DNA of 64,000 bases from an uncultured Gemmatimonadales bacterium. Its GTDB lineage: Bacteria; Gemmatimonadota; Gemmatimonadetes; Gemmatimonadales; Gemmatimonadaceae. Both the position numbers and the translations under genes were made by a program. Location: NCBI GenBank assembly GCA_963793305.1, contig CAWBZV010000003.1:672001-736000 (forward strand). Direction: 5' to 3'. This document shows, piece after piece, positions 1 to 11,199 of this stretch (the first letter of the stretch is position 1; each line of letters begins with the position of its first letter). The notes beneath the pieces are model-generated. The model searched no databases. It saw only the letters and a list, made by a program, of their open reading frames with translations, and had not been told where the DNA came from.

Positions 1-910
1 TGTCGGCGTCGGCGGCCAGGGCGTGAGCGTCTGGCTCGCCTGGTTCTTGATCGCCACGCAACGCCGGTTCGCCGTGCATTGCGACGCACGGGGCGACAAG
101 GCGGCGGCGGCCGAGCTCCGGGCCAAGGCCGACGCCTACGCCGCGGCGATCGAGAAAGAGTCCTGGGACGGCGCGTGGTACCGTCGCGCGTACTTCGACG
201 ACGGTACGCCACTGGGTAGTCATCAGAACGACGAGTGCCAGATCGACGCCATCGCCCAGAGCTGGTCCGTGATATCAGGCGCGGGCGAACCGGATCGTCA
301 AAAGCGAGCGGCCGAGTCGGTGTACACACATCTCGTCCGCGAGGACGCGCGCCTCATCGAGCTCCTGACGCCGCCGTTCGATCATACGGACCACGATCCG
401 GGCTACATCAAGGGCTATCTCCCCGGTGTCCGCGAGAACGGCGCGCAATACACGCATGCCGCGACGTGGACGGTATTGGCCAGAGCCCTGCTCGGCGACG
501 GCGATACAGCGTATCGCTTGTACGAGATGCTCAACCCGTTCACGCACCCGCTGGAGACGTACAAGGTCGAGCCGTACGTGATCGCCGCCGACGTGTACAC
601 GGCCGAAGGGCACTTAGGCCGCGGCGGTTGGACGTGGTACACCGGCTCAGCCGCCTGGGCGTATCGCGTGGGACTCGAGGGCATACTGGGCTTCAAGAAA
701 CGCGGCGCGACGTTACGCCTCGAACCGGTCATCCCCGCGGCATGGGAAGGGTTCGAGCTGACGTATCGCTACGGCTCGTCCACGTATCACATCACGGTTC
801 GAAAAGGCGACGCGGAAGAGCCGACGGATATTCCGCTCGTGGACGACGGGAAGACCCACGAGGTGACGGTTACGATAGCGGCTCGAGATCTGTCACCGCT
901 GGCCCGTTGA
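1..910 (+). CDS. GH94 glycoside phosphorylase / cyclic beta-1,2-glucan synthase (NdvB-like) C-terminal domain, 5'-truncated by window edge
   Basis: Motifs WDGAWYRRAYFDDG, IDAIAQSWSVISG, GYIKGYLPGVRENGAQYTHAA, YKVEPYVIAADVY, GWTWYTGSA. Confidence 0.9.
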   Translation, partial: VGVGGQGVSVWLAWFLIATQRRFAVHCDARGDKAAAAELRAKADAYAAAIEKESWDGAWYRRAYFDDGTPLGSHQNDECQIDAIAQSWSVISGAGEPDRQKRAAESVYTHLVREDARLIELLTPPFDHTDHDPGYIKGYLPGVRENGAQYTHAATWTVLARALLGDGDTAYRLYEMLNPFTHPLETYKVEPYVIAADVYTAEGHLGRGGWTWYTGSAAWAYRVGLEGILGFKKRGATLRLEPVIPAAWEGFELTYRYGSSTYHITVRKGDAEEPTDIPLVDDGKTHEVTVTIAARDLSPLAR

Positions 911-2336
911 TCACTTTCCCATAGGGGTCGAACCGGGACCCGTGGCACGGGCAGTCCCAGGTCTTTTCGGTCGAGTTCCAGTCGACGATGCAGAACAGAT
1001 GCGGGCACACGGCAGAACACTCGTGCATGCGCCCCTTCTCATCACGAAACGCCGCGATCTTGGTAATGCCCCTTCGAATGACCGCGCCCTCTCCTTTCCC
1101 GATGTGCGCGACCGTGGCCACCTGACCAGGCGTAATCCATCGCGCGTATTGCCCGGCGACATTCAAATTCTCACGGGCATACTCGACGCCTGACCGCAAG
1201 CTCAATCGCGCGGGATCATAGAGTTTCGCCCACGGATTCTCGCGACACATGATGAGATCCGTGAGCAGCATCCCGGCGAGCGTGCCATAGGTCATCCCGT
1301 TTCCCGAATCGCCGGTCGCGACGTAGATGTTCGGCACGACGCCGGGATTCGGCCCGATGAATGCCAGTCCATCCACGGGTTCGAGGATCTGGCCAGACCA
1401 GCGATACTGCACGGGCCCTAGCCCGGCAAACTGGGTTCGGGCCCAGCGCTCTATAGCGGCATAGCGGTCAGTAGTGTTGTCGGCCTGACCGGTCTTGTGA
1501 TCACCGCCGCCCACGATGAGCATGTTGCCGAGCGTGCGCGCGTAGTGATACGGCGACTCGGTGTCCCAGTAGAGCGCCACCTCGATGGGCTCAGTCAGCG
1601 GCATCGCGATGACGTACGTGCGATACGCCGCCTGCTTCGTGTGCATCGTGACGACGTCGTTGACCGGTGAGCCGGTGGCAATGACGACGGCGCCCGCGGT
1701 GATCACGTGGCCTTTGTCGGTGACCACGCGACCCGTCGTGCCGCCCGACATCTCGACCGCGTGCGTCCCCCCGTAGATGCGCCCGCCGTCCCGTACGATC
1801 GCTCGCGCCAGTGCTTCGACGTAGGCAACCGGGTCGAACTGCGCCTGGCGCGGGAAGTGTAGCGTATCGCCGATCCGCTCGACATCCGTGAGACCCGCGC
1901 GATGACATGCGGCGAGCTCGCGGTCGAGCACTTCGGCGTCGCCGAGCAAGTAGCCGGGCACGCGCTCGAACTCGCACGCGATGTCCTCGGAGCCGACGAT
2001 CGCCTCGATGCGATCGATCGCGGCGACCTGGCTCTGGGCGGCGAGCCGCGCGGCGTGGAGGCCGTGCAGGCGCTCGAGCGCGTAATACCGGTCGTCGAGC
2101 ACCGCCGTGATGTGCGCGGTCGTGCGCCCCGTCTCGCCGCCGGCGACGCCGCCATTGTCGATGGCGACCACCGTCTTGCCTTCGCGCGCGAGGAGATAGG
2201 CGGTTGTGACGCCGGCTATGCCTAAGCCCACGACGCACACGTCGGCGTAGGTATCGTCGCCGAGTGGCGGATACCACGGGACGCGTGTGCGCTGGCCATT
2301 CCACCAGATCGGGGTTGTGGCTGTGATCTGAGTCAC
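870..2336 (-). CDS. FAD-dependent oxidoreductase with C-terminal Rieske [2Fe-2S] domain (YhfW-like)
   Basis: GLGIAG dinucleotide fold, GETGRTTAH, Rieske CPHLFC...WDCPCHGSRF; start set at GTG 2336 because the longer ORF overlaps the divergent gene. Confidence 0.88.
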   Translation of the reverse strand: MTQITATTPIWWNGQRTRVPWYPPLGDDTYADVCVVGLGIAGVTTAYLLAREGKTVVAIDNGGVAGGETGRTTAHITAVLDDRYYALERLHGLHAARLAAQSQVAAIDRIEAIVGSEDIACEFERVPGYLLGDAEVLDRELAACHRAGLTDVERIGDTLHFPRQAQFDPVAYVEALARAIVRDGGRIYGGTHAVEMSGGTTGRVVTDKGHVITAGAVVIATGSPVNDVVTMHTKQAAYRTYVIAMPLTEPIEVALYWDTESPYHYARTLGNMLIVGGGDHKTGQADNTTDRYAAIERWARTQFAGLGPVQYRWSGQILEPVDGLAFIGPNPGVVPNIYVATGDSGNGMTYGTLAGMLLTDLIMCRENPWAKLYDPARLSLRSGVEYARENLNVAGQYARWITPGQVATVAHIGKGEGAVIRRGITKIAAFRDEKGRMHECSAVCPHLFCIVDWNSTEKTWDCPCHGSRFDPYGKVINGPAVTDLEPLS

Positions 2337-2366
2337 CAGGTGAGCCCTTGGTTCATCTTCCGTGCC

Positions 2367-2870
2367 ATGAGACACGTTCTTCTTCTTTGTCTGGGGCTGT
2401 CGAGCGCCGCATGCGCGCACCCCAGTGCGTTTATTGTAAGCCCAGTCGCGCTGGCACCCGCCTTGGTGGGTTCGTGGCGTCTCGAAAGCGGTGGCGTACG
2501 AAGCACGGGTTTCTACGATCCGGAGACGCTGGAGTTCGCCGACAGCAAGCCGGGACAATACATCACGCTGACCGCCGATAGGGGGTTCGAGAGCGGCCGC
2601 GTGACGCGCGCTGGTGAGGGTGCGTGTGCCGTGACACGGTATGAATATCACCGTGGGACGGTCGAGGTTCGCGACTCTGTGCTCGTTCTGTACGCGACCG
2701 CGGGGCGCGTACGGAACGTGGCACCGTGCGACCTCACATCAGACTATGAGAAAAACGACACTGGTGTCGAGTCGCTCGCCTTCCGACCCGGCACCAGTGA
2801 TAATTCTCTGATCATTGCCTCGGCCTCGCTCGTGCGCGAGATGCCGAGTGTCGTCGCCGACGCGCGTTAG
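2367..2870 (+). CDS. Hypothetical lipoprotein
   Basis: MRHVLLLCLGLSSAAC signal peptide/lipobox, followed by LVGSW beta-rich domain. Confidence 0.6.
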   Translation: MRHVLLLCLGLSSAACAHPSAFIVSPVALAPALVGSWRLESGGVRSTGFYDPETLEFADSKPGQYITLTADRGFESGRVTRAGEGACAVTRYEYHRGTVEVRDSVLVLYATAGRVRNVAPCDLTSDYEKNDTGVESLAFRPGTSDNSLIIASASLVREMPSVVADAR

Positions 2871-3274
2871 CTACAGCCGGGCGCCCCTTCCAGCGAGTCC
2901 TGCGGGAACGGCGCGGTAGCCGCACCGATCCAGACGGCGCAGGTGTGCGGGCTCGCCGTCGACGGGACGAAGCTATTCACCATCGACGCCGTCCAGCCTG
3001 AATTCAGGATGTTCTTGGCCGAGAACGTATTTCCGGCCGACGTGTGATACGACAGGTTCGCGATCAAGAAGTTGGGGTCCGCGTACGTCGCGTTGTCGAA
3101 GAAGTACGCTTCTTCGGCCGTCTCCAGGTTGCGGAGATCCGCGCGCATGGAGTCCACGTACGCCTTCTCTTTCGACGAGGCGAACTTCGGGATGGCGATC
3201 GCGGCAAGGATGCCGATGATGACCACCACGATCAGCAACTCGATCAGCGTAAATCCATCTCGGCGACTCGACAC
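2867..3274 (-). CDS. Type IV pilin-like protein
   Basis: Class III signal G|FTLIELLIVVVIIGILAAIAIPKF, C-terminal Cys pair. Confidence 0.92.
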   Translation of the reverse strand: MSSRRDGFTLIELLIVVVIIGILAAIAIPKFASSKEKAYVDSMRADLRNLETAEEAYFFDNATYADPNFLIANLSYHTSAGNTFSAKNILNSGWTASMVNSFVPSTASPHTCAVWIGAATAPFPQDSLEGAPGCS

Positions 3275-3310
3275 GATGACCTCTCCGGGCCAATGACTTG
3301 CCTCGAACTA

Positions 3311-3327
3311 AAGCAATCGGTGTTCCG
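3311..3327 (-). promoter_or_regulatory. Putative sigma-54 (-24/-12) promoter of the pilin gene
   Basis: Minus strand CGGAAC-ACCGA-TTGC, GG-N10-GC spacing; pilin genes are often RpoN-dependent. Confidence 0.55.
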
Positions 3328-3428
3328 CCGTTAACAAATTGCGCAACTCGTTGTAAAATAACCACTTATAAAACGTGGTGGCGGGTACCCGGCAAAATCT
3401 CCCGCCTCATTCTGCAACCGGTGCTGCA

Positions 3429-5453
3429 TTATGAAACGCCGAGCAGCGTTAAAGCTGCATCTACGACCCGCGCCGAGGTGAGGCCCAGCTCCTTGTACAC
3501 AATGGGCCCCGGGGACGACGCGCCGAAGCGCTCGAGCCCCACGACCGTGCCGTTGTCGCCGACCCAACGGTACCACGACACGGGGTGCCCGGCCTCCACG
3601 GCGACCCGCGGGATGCCCGGCGGCAGCACGGTGTCCTTGTAACTCGGCGGCTGGGCCGCAAAGATCTCATGGCTCGGCATGCTTACGACCCGCGCCCGGA
3701 CGCCGCGCGCGGCCAGCGCCGTCCTGGCATCGACGGCGAGCGACACTTCCGACCCCGACGACATGAGCACGACCTGCGGCGCACCGCCCTCGGCGTCGGC
3801 CAGCACATACGCGCCCTTCGCCAGTCCCGGGCCGCTGCCCTGCAACAACGGGAGCTTCTGCCGCGTCAGCACGAGCGACACCGGGCCGCCTTCGTGATTG
3901 ATCGCCACGCGCCACGCTTCGGCCACCTCGTTCGCATTGGCCGGCCGGATCAACGTCGCATTCGGGATCGCGCGCATGGTCGACAGTTGCTCGATCGGTT
4001 GGTGCGTTGGGCCGTCTTCGCCGAGGCCGATCGAGTCGTGCGTGAAGACCCAGATCACGTGTTGACGCATGAGCGCCGCGAGTCGGATGGCGGGGCGCAT
4101 GTAGTCGGAGAAAATAAAGAACGTCGATCCAAACGGCAGCAGGCTGCCGTGCAGCGCCATCCCATTCAGCATCGCGCCCATCCCATGCTCGCGAATGCCG
4201 AAATGCACATTGCGCCCCGCATAGCTCGTCGGGTCGAACACCGGGCTGTCTTTGAGATACGTGAGCGTCGACGGATTGAGGTCAGCCGCGCCACCAAATA
4301 ACTCGGGCACCTGGGCGTCGAACGAGTTCAGCACCAACGCCGAAGACGCCCGGGTGGCGACGTTGCCGTTCTCTTTGGTGAACGTGGGAAAGTTTTTGTC
4401 CCACCCTGGCCGCCGCTTCCCGGTCAGTCGGCGATCGTACTCCGCCCCGAGCTCCGGCAGCGCCGCGACATAGGCGACGTGCGCCTTTTCCCAGGCGAGA
4501 CGTGCGGGCCGACCGCGTTGACCAGCGGCCCGCCAGTGGTCGAGCGATTCCGGCGGCACGAAGAATGGCTCGAGCGATGGCCAGCCGAGGTTCTGCTTCG
4601 TGAGCTCGATTTCTTTTGCGCCGAGCGCCTCGCCGTGCGCTTTCTCGGAGTCGACTTTGTTCGGCGAGCCGTACCCGATGTGCGTGCGGGTGATGATCAA
4701 CGATGGCTTATCAGTGACGGCCTTGGCGTTGACGATCGCCGCGTCCACGGCATCGATGTCGTTGACGTCGGCCACGTGCTGCACGTGCCAGCCGTACGCC
4801 TCGAAGCGCATGCCGGCATCGTCCGTGTACGTGAGCTCTGTCTTGCCATCGATGGTGATGTGATTGTCGTCGTAGAACCCGATGAGCTTGCCGAGCTTGA
4901 AATGCCCGGCGAACGACGCGGCCTCGTGGGAGATGCCTTCCATGAGGCATCCGTCACCGGCGATGAAGTACGTGTGGTGATCGACGATAGTCTGTCCCGG
5001 CCGATTGAACTCGGCCGCCAAGTGCGCCTCGGCCACGGCCATACCGACCGCATTGGCGACGCCCTGACCGAGCGGCCCGGTGGTCGTCTCGACGCCGACG
5101 GTGTCGCCGTGCTCCGGGTGGCCCGGGGTCTTGGAGCCCCACTGCCGAAACTGTTTGAGATCATCGAGCGTGAGCCCGTAGCCGGTCAGGTACAGGACGG
5201 CGTACTGCAGCATCGACGCATGCCCATTCGACAGCACGAACCGATCGCGGTCCGGCCAATCCGGGGCGGACGCGTCGTACTTCATGTGTCGAGTCCAGAG
5301 AACATACGCCAGCGGCGCGAGCGCCATCGGCGTGCCTGGGTGCCCGCTGTCGGCCTTCTGGACGGCGTCCATGGCGAGCGTGCGGACGGTGTCGATCGCC
5401 AGCTGCTGGATCGAGGACGTGGCGGGTATTGGGGGGGCGATAGTCGAGGCCAT
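3429..5453 (-). CDS. tkt: Transketolase
   Basis: [50 protein letters not shown]. Confidence 0.98.
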   Translation of the reverse strand: MASTIAPPIPATSSIQQLAIDTVRTLAMDAVQKADSGHPGTPMALAPLAYVLWTRHMKYDASAPDWPDRDRFVLSNGHASMLQYAVLYLTGYGLTLDDLKQFRQWGSKTPGHPEHGDTVGVETTTGPLGQGVANAVGMAVAEAHLAAEFNRPGQTIVDHHTYFIAGDGCLMEGISHEAASFAGHFKLGKLIGFYDDNHITIDGKTELTYTDDAGMRFEAYGWHVQHVADVNDIDAVDAAIVNAKAVTDKPSLIITRTHIGYGSPNKVDSEKAHGEALGAKEIELTKQNLGWPSLEPFFVPPESLDHWRAAGQRGRPARLAWEKAHVAYVAALPELGAEYDRRLTGKRRPGWDKNFPTFTKENGNVATRASSALVLNSFDAQVPELFGGAADLNPSTLTYLKDSPVFDPTSYAGRNVHFGIREHGMGAMLNGMALHGSLLPFGSTFFIFSDYMRPAIRLAALMRQHVIWVFTHDSIGLGEDGPTHQPIEQLSTMRAIPNATLIRPANANEVAEAWRVAINHEGGPVSLVLTRQKLPLLQGSGPGLAKGAYVLADAEGGAPQVVLMSSGSEVSLAVDARTALAARGVRARVVSMPSHEIFAAQPPSYKDTVLPPGIPRVAVEAGHPVSWYRWVGDNGTVVGLERFGASSPGPIVYKELGLTSARVVDAALTLLGVS

Positions 5454-5476
5454 AGGCCCCTAATCTATTCGCCTAG

Positions 5477-5908
5477 TTAGGGCGTGATGGTGAATGTTAC
5501 GGTATCAGACTCGAGCGGTTGCAGCAGGGTGACGACGAGGCGTCCGGGGCCGGGTGTGGGGCCCATCGTCAAGACGATGAATGCCTGCCCCGACCCGTTG
5601 GTCGAGTCGACGGCCGAGCACCGGTTGCCGCCCAGGCTGTCGGTCCGCTCGACGAGCACGGTACAGTTGCCCGCTGCGAGCGGATGGTGCACGTAGGTCG
5701 TATCCGCGGTCGGCGCGAAGAGAATGCCGCGATGCGCCGGCTGTCGCGTGCCGGTTAGAAATACGGTGAGCGCGAGCGACAGCGTCGAATCCGCGTGCCC
5801 GGTTTGGCCACCGCCGCTCGTGATCAGGATGCGCGAGCCGGCCGGCCCCGTGCTGCCTTTGCAGGCGGCCACCGCGAGGCACGCGACGAGGGCGATCCGA
5901 CGAGTCAC
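5477..5908 (-). CDS. Small lipoprotein with one Ig-like domain
   Basis: Lipobox VAAC; SGGGQTG...TNGSGQA...MGPTPG pattern shared with the neighbouring paralogs. Confidence 0.65.
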   Translation of the reverse strand: MTRRIALVACLAVAACKGSTGPAGSRILITSGGGQTGHADSTLSLALTVFLTGTRQPAHRGILFAPTADTTYVHHPLAAGNCTVLVERTDSLGGNRCSAVDSTNGSGQAFIVLTMGPTPGPGRLVVTLLQPLESDTVTFTITP

Positions 5909-5921
5909 TCCCCAATCTAGC

Positions 5922-7391
5922 TCAGTGCCACGTCGGAGAATCCATCGCGCCGGTGTATCCCAACGGCAGGATGAGATTCGGGGTCGTGACGCTGATGAGA
6001 TCGATCTTCCTCGTGTTGATGTTCCGCGCGACGATCCAGTTTCCGTCGGGGGACCAGCCGATCTGGTACTCGTACGTTGGCCCGGTCAGGGCCGTCTGTC
6101 CCGTGCCATTGGGGTGGATGGTGCTGATGATCCCGTTCGCGTTGAACGCGATGACGTTCTCGTTCGGCGACCACGCCGTCGAATTGGCCAGGATGCTGCC
6201 CAGTTGAGTCGAGACGCCGTTCGACAGGTTGAGTATCTCGACCGTCGCATATCCCGGCACGACGTACGCGACCGATGTCCCGTCGGGCGAGGGGCTCGGA
6301 AACTCCGATGGATTAGCGCCCGTGGTAGCAGACAGCAGTGAGTCCGCCGTCCCGTCGGGGTGGACCCGCCAGATGTCAAAGCTGTTGGTGATCTTCGTGT
6401 AGTAGATCCACGTTCCATCGTGCGAGTACGCCGGCCACGCATCGATCGGCCCGCCGGAGTTGTCGAGCGCGGTGATCGTTCCGCTGGTCGTGATGCCGTA
6501 CAGCACGCCACCACCGCCGGATGTCCCGCCGCCCGTGGTCTCGTCGAACACGAGGCTCGTGCCGGAGGGGTTCCACACCAGGGTTCCCGCCGGCTGTGTG
6601 GTGATCGTCTTGTAGTTTGACCCATCCAAGTTGAAGACGGCGATGCCGCCGGCGTCGAGCGTGGCGGCCATCGTGCCGGACGGGACGCCCGAGATGTACG
6701 ATGTGTCGGTCACATTGTGGGCCGTGCCAGTCACTGCCACGCGCCCGATCGCGGTGACGGTGACGGTCGATCCCGACAGGTGGGCCGGGCCCGATAGGAC
6801 CGCGTACGACACGGGATCGGTGCGTGGGTTGCCGAAGCGGTCGACGACGGCCGTGTGCAGGTTCACGGTGCCGTTCACGTAGACCGCGGTGTCGGCCGGC
6901 CCCGATCGCAACGTCGCCGCGCTGCCGGCGGTCACGGTGAATTTCGCGGTGTCGACATAGCCGAGCGCCGGCACTTTGATCACGAGGGGCGCCGTGCCCG
7001 CGCGGGTGCCGAAGTAGAGGTCGACGTTCACCTCGCCCTGCGTGTTGGTCGTCTCCGCGACAAACGACGTGGGCTGGTTGGAGCTGAGCGACGCGATGTC
7101 GACCCAGTCCCCGCCATACGGATTGGCGCTGTCGGCCGCGCTGACCGCTTCGAATTGCACGACGGCGTCGGACACCAGACTGCCGTTATGCGTGATCAAC
7201 ACAACGAGCGCCTGCGCGGGGATGCCCTGCACGGTATCGGTCTGCTGATTCCCCGCGACGAAGTAGACGTTCGGGTGCGGGGTCGAGGTGTGCGGAGCGG
7301 TGGAGCTCCCGCAAGCGGCGACGACGAAAAGCGGTGCGAGGCCGAAGACCTGACGAACAGAACGCAATGCCCCTCCAGAGATCAATGCCAT
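5922..7391 (-). CDS. Lipoprotein, Ig-like domains + TolB/PD40 beta-propeller (paralog 3)
   Basis: Lipobox VAAC; VVDRFGNPRTD; repeated WSPDG/PSPDG motifs. Confidence 0.8.
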   Translation of the reverse strand: MALISGGALRSVRQVFGLAPLFVVAACGSSTAPHTSTPHPNVYFVAGNQQTDTVQGIPAQALVVLITHNGSLVSDAVVQFEAVSAADSANPYGGDWVDIASLSSNQPTSFVAETTNTQGEVNVDLYFGTRAGTAPLVIKVPALGYVDTAKFTVTAGSAATLRSGPADTAVYVNGTVNLHTAVVDRFGNPRTDPVSYAVLSGPAHLSGSTVTVTAIGRVAVTGTAHNVTDTSYISGVPSGTMAATLDAGGIAVFNLDGSNYKTITTQPAGTLVWNPSGTSLVFDETTGGGTSGGGGVLYGITTSGTITALDNSGGPIDAWPAYSHDGTWIYYTKITNSFDIWRVHPDGTADSLLSATTGANPSEFPSPSPDGTSVAYVVPGYATVEILNLSNGVSTQLGSILANSTAWSPNENVIAFNANGIISTIHPNGTGQTALTGPTYEYQIGWSPDGNWIVARNINTRKIDLISVTTPNLILPLGYTGAMDSPTWH

Positions 7392-8836
7392 GTGGGAGAC
7401 CCGACCGTGCCCGTATAGCCGAGCGGGATGACGAGCTGTGTCGCTACGTTGATCACCTCCAGTCGAGTGGTCGCCGTGTTGCGGGCGATGATCCATTGCC
7501 CGTCTGGTGACCAATCGAACTGTGGTCCATACGGTCCAGGCGCGATCATGCTCTGGCCCGAGCCATCGCTGTTAATGAGCGCCATCGCGTTATTGAGCGT
7601 GACGTAGGCGATGACGTTCCGGGTTGGAGACCATACATCGGCGATGCCGTTCACGCCGAGATCGACGGCGGCGCCCGACGCCAGCGTGAGGACCTTCAGA
7701 TCGCCGGCGCCGCTCAGAATGTAGGAGACTTTGGTCCCGTCGAAGGACGGACTCGGGAACTGCAGGCTCTCGGGCGAGAGCATGTTCACCGTCGCGTCGC
7801 CGGTGCCGTCGGGGTGTACGCGCCACATCGGCAGCGTGGCGCTGTACTCGTCATAGTAGATCCACGTCCCATCGCGCGAGTACTGCGGATAGGCGAGGGC
7901 CACGGCGCCGGAGTTGGCGATCGTCGTGACCAGGCCGCTCGTGGTAACGCTCTGCAGCTGATCGATCGCGCCGTACAAGCCGTTCACCGTCTGATCGAAC
8001 ACCAGGCTCGATCCGTTCGGCGCCCACTTGAGGGTACCGGCGGAGACCGGTGAGATCTGCGTGAAGTCCGATCCGTCGAGGTTGAACCGCCAGATGTAGC
8101 TGATATCACCGGCCGCGGCGATCGTGCCCTTTGGCACGCCGTATACGATCGTCGTGTCGACGAGTCCATTGGCAGTCCCGGCGACCAGGATGGGACCGTA
8201 GCCGTTCGCAGTGAGCGTGGAGCCGTTGATCGATCCTGATCCGCCGACAACAGCGAACGTCACGGGATCAGTGCGGGTGTTGCCGAAGCGATCGACGACG
8301 GCCGTTCGGAGGCCGACGGTGCCGCCGAGGTAGGCGTCGGTGTCGTGCGGCATCGCCTGCATCGCGTACGGGTTTCCGGGGAGGACCGTGTAGCGGGCGG
8401 TGTCGAGGTATCCGAGCGCGGGGACGTTGACGACGAGCTGTCCGGGGCCCTCATCGTTGCCGAACGCGATCACGACGGATGCTTTGCCGGACGCATTGGT
8501 CGTTTCGGCGACGAACGGGCTGGGCGACCCGCCCGCGAGCGGCTCGACCAGCACTCGATAGGTGCCGCTGTCCAGGACCGATTGGAATCGCACGACCTGA
8601 TGCGCGCCGGACCCGGCCGGACCCGACCCCACCCGGACGATCAGGGCTTGGGTAAGGACCGACTGGATGGTGTCGGTCTGCGAGTTGCCCAGGGGGAAGG
8701 CGATCGGTACCCGCGAAAAGGTCGGGCCGGTCGCCTTGCTGCTGCCACACGCGATCGCCGTCAGTATTGCCGCCGTCAGACCGCATGCGCGCAAAAGCAA
8801 AGAGTGCCTCCCGAGAGAGGCACCCAAATTACCCAT
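7382..8836 (-). CDS. Lipoprotein, Ig-like domains + TolB/PD40 beta-propeller (paralog 2)
   Basis: Lipobox AIAC; VVDRFGNTRTD; WSPDG repeats; C-terminus LPLGYTG..SPTWH-like shared with paralog 3. Confidence 0.8.
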   Translation of the reverse strand: MGNLGASLGRHSLLLRACGLTAAILTAIACGSSKATGPTFSRVPIAFPLGNSQTDTIQSVLTQALIVRVGSGPAGSGAHQVVRFQSVLDSGTYRVLVEPLAGGSPSPFVAETTNASGKASVVIAFGNDEGPGQLVVNVPALGYLDTARYTVLPGNPYAMQAMPHDTDAYLGGTVGLRTAVVDRFGNTRTDPVTFAVVGGSGSINGSTLTANGYGPILVAGTANGLVDTTIVYGVPKGTIAAAGDISYIWRFNLDGSDFTQISPVSAGTLKWAPNGSSLVFDQTVNGLYGAIDQLQSVTTSGLVTTIANSGAVALAYPQYSRDGTWIYYDEYSATLPMWRVHPDGTGDATVNMLSPESLQFPSPSFDGTKVSYILSGAGDLKVLTLASGAAVDLGVNGIADVWSPTRNVIAYVTLNNAMALINSDGSGQSMIAPGPYGPQFDWSPDGQWIIARNTATTRLEVINVATQLVIPLGYTGTVGSPTWH

Positions 8837-8843
8837 TGCCAAG

Positions 8844-10365
8844 TCACTTATGGCCGAGCTTGTTACGTACCCGATTCGTGCTGGGGGATGAGCCGGGCTG
8901 CCACGCAGGCGACGCCAACCCCGTGCTGTACGAGAGCGGGATCGTTTGCCCGGTCGTGGCGTTGATGAGATCGAAGAGACCCGTCGTCGTGTTTGTGGCG
9001 ACGATCCACTGCCCATCGGGCGACCAATCGAAACCGGCGTGATACACGGCGCTCGTGAGCACGCGATTGCCGCTCCCGTCGGGAGCAATGAGCGCGATCT
9101 GTCCCGTGCATCCGAACGGAGTCAGATACGCGATCGCTTTCCCGGTTGGCGACCATTCCGGTGACCACACGCTAGACTGAAGGCTGTCGCTCGTGCCGGT
9201 GCTCAGGTTCAGGATGAAGAGACTTGTTGTGACGTTTCCCGCGTTGACGTACGCAACCCGGCTGTTGTCGGGGGACGGCGCGGGATAGTAGTCGAGCGGT
9301 CCCGCTCCCCCCGCGATCAACGTGTCGCCGGTTCCGTCGATGTGGACGCGTCGCACCTCGCCGATGCCGATCCCCGCCTCCTCGTTCAGCTGGTAATAGA
9401 TCCACGTCCCATCGCCCGAATACGTGGGGTATGCATCGACGTAGTCACCGCCCTCGAAACCGCTCCCGTTCGCGATCACCTTCGTTGCGCCGTGCAGATC
9501 GGTCGTCGCGAGGATCTCCGTACCGCCCCGACATTGCGCGGACCCATCGAACGCGAGATGGGTTCCGGTCGGATCCCACTTGAACGTCTCCGGCCATCGT
9601 CCCCTGCAGAATCGTCTGCATCCCGGTGCCGTCGAGCTGGAACATCACGATCCCATTCCCCGTCGACGCGGCCAATGCTCCGTGCGGGACGACGCCGATT
9701 GATGCGTTGGCGGCGACGCCGGCCTTCGGTGCAGCAATGTTCAGGGTGGCGTAACCCGGAGCGCCTGCTGTCGCCTTCGCACCGGACATCATCACGGGCC
9801 CAGAGTCGACGGTATAAATGAGCGAATCGCTCCGTGGATTCCCGAACCGGTCGACGGTGTACGAGCGGTACGTGAACGATGCGCCGGTGAAGACGGTCGT
9901 GTCGGCTGGCGAGGCGACGAGCTGGAACGCGCCGCCGGGCAGCACCGTGAAGGTCGCGGTGTCGACGTACCCGAAGTCAGGCACGGTGATGACAACCAGC
10001 GCTGTTCCGGCCTGCGCGCCCATCGTGACGATGACGGACGCTGCCGTCGATGCATTTGTCGAATCCACCCACACCGAAGAACTTGGCGGGAGGAAGCCCC
10101 CGATCGGTGGGCCGAAATAGATCTGATACCCGAGCCGCTGGTTCGTGTCAGGAAGGGACGCGAAACGCACCTGGTGCCCCGACGGCGACTGGCCCCTGGG
10201 GATTTTGACAGCGATCACGAGGGGCTGGGACAGCGTCCCGAGAATCGTGTCCGATTGGCGATTGCCGGATACGAAAAGGATGTCGGTTGTCGCCTGCGGC
10301 CCCGTCGATCCGCTGCAGGCTGCCACCGTCAGCGCTGCCGCGACACCGTATCTGCGTAAACGCAA
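8844..10365 (-). CDS. Lipoprotein, Ig-like domains + TolB/PD40 beta-propeller (paralog 1), one frameshift near 9589, start uncertain
   Basis: ORFs 9445-10710 and 8844-9479 join if one base is removed (TMAG|TFKWDPTGTHLAFDG), restoring colinearity with the paralogs. Confidence 0.75.
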
Positions 10366-10412
10366 GGAGGCCCCCTGAAGAGGCCTCCAAAATACGGTTG
10401 TGTACGCTGCGT

Positions 10413-11162
10413 TTACAACTCGTCGCAGGCCACTTGGTCGCGGTCGACGGTGCGGCCGAGGCCCGAGGCATCGAGCTCGCCGCGCCACATGACGCAGGCT
10501 TTGCCGGGGAAGAGGACGAACGACGCTTTCGCGGCCCAGCCGCCATCGGTGGCCGCGACGATCGCGACCGACACGCCTGGGTCCCAGGTGAACGGCTCGA
10601 GCTTCGACGCGTCTATCGTGTAGTGGCCGTTCAAGGCGGCGTACTTCTCTTCGCTCTTGGCGAGCTTCCGGAGCGCGAACGCCATGTAGCTCTGCGCGGC
10701 CGCCGCCCACTCGGCGCGCTGGCTCAAGCCATCGCCGTCGCAGGCGACTTCGGCTTCCGGAAATGTCTTGCGCTCGGACTCGGTCGACGGGCGATCGCTC
10801 CTGTCAATCGATCCGATCCAGATCACGCACGAGCGTCCCACACCGGCGCCAACGGGCATCGTCTCGATCGCGGCCCAGCCGTTCGATTGCGAGGATACGA
10901 TATCGACGTGCGCGCCGATCATGGGGTGGAACGTGGGGAGCAGCTGGATGTCGTTGGCGAACGTCTTATTGCCCGTTTCGTAGAGCTCTTGCGCCGTGAT
11001 CAGGTTGCGGAGGTCGCTCCGCATCTGGCCCATCGACGCGAGGTAGGCAGCGTCGGCCGCGGACTTGGCCTTGGGGACGACGGCGTTCGCACTGAGATGC
11101 GTGGACTGGGCGTGCGCCACGGCGGCGCACGCAACGAGGCAGCACAAAATCGAGCGGGTCAT
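10413..11162 (-). CDS. Secreted protein with two tandem pilin-like globular domains
   Basis: Sec-type signal ending AHA; MRSDLRNLITAQELY...GWAA...CVIWIG...C repeated twice and alignable by eye to the pilin at 2867-3274. Confidence 0.7.
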   Translation of the reverse strand: MTRSILCCLVACAAVAHAQSTHLSANAVVPKAKSAADAAYLASMGQMRSDLRNLITAQELYETGNKTFANDIQLLPTFHPMIGAHVDIVSSQSNGWAAIETMPVGAGVGRSCVIWIGSIDRSDRPSTESERKTFPEAEVACDGDGLSQRAEWAAAAQSYMAFALRKLAKSEEKYAALNGHYTIDASKLEPFTWDPGVSVAIVAATDGGWAAKASFVLFPGKACVMWRGELDASGLGRTVDRDQVACDEL

Positions 11163-11199
11163 GCACTATAGATGGCCCGCTCGGGCCCCGGGTAACCAG

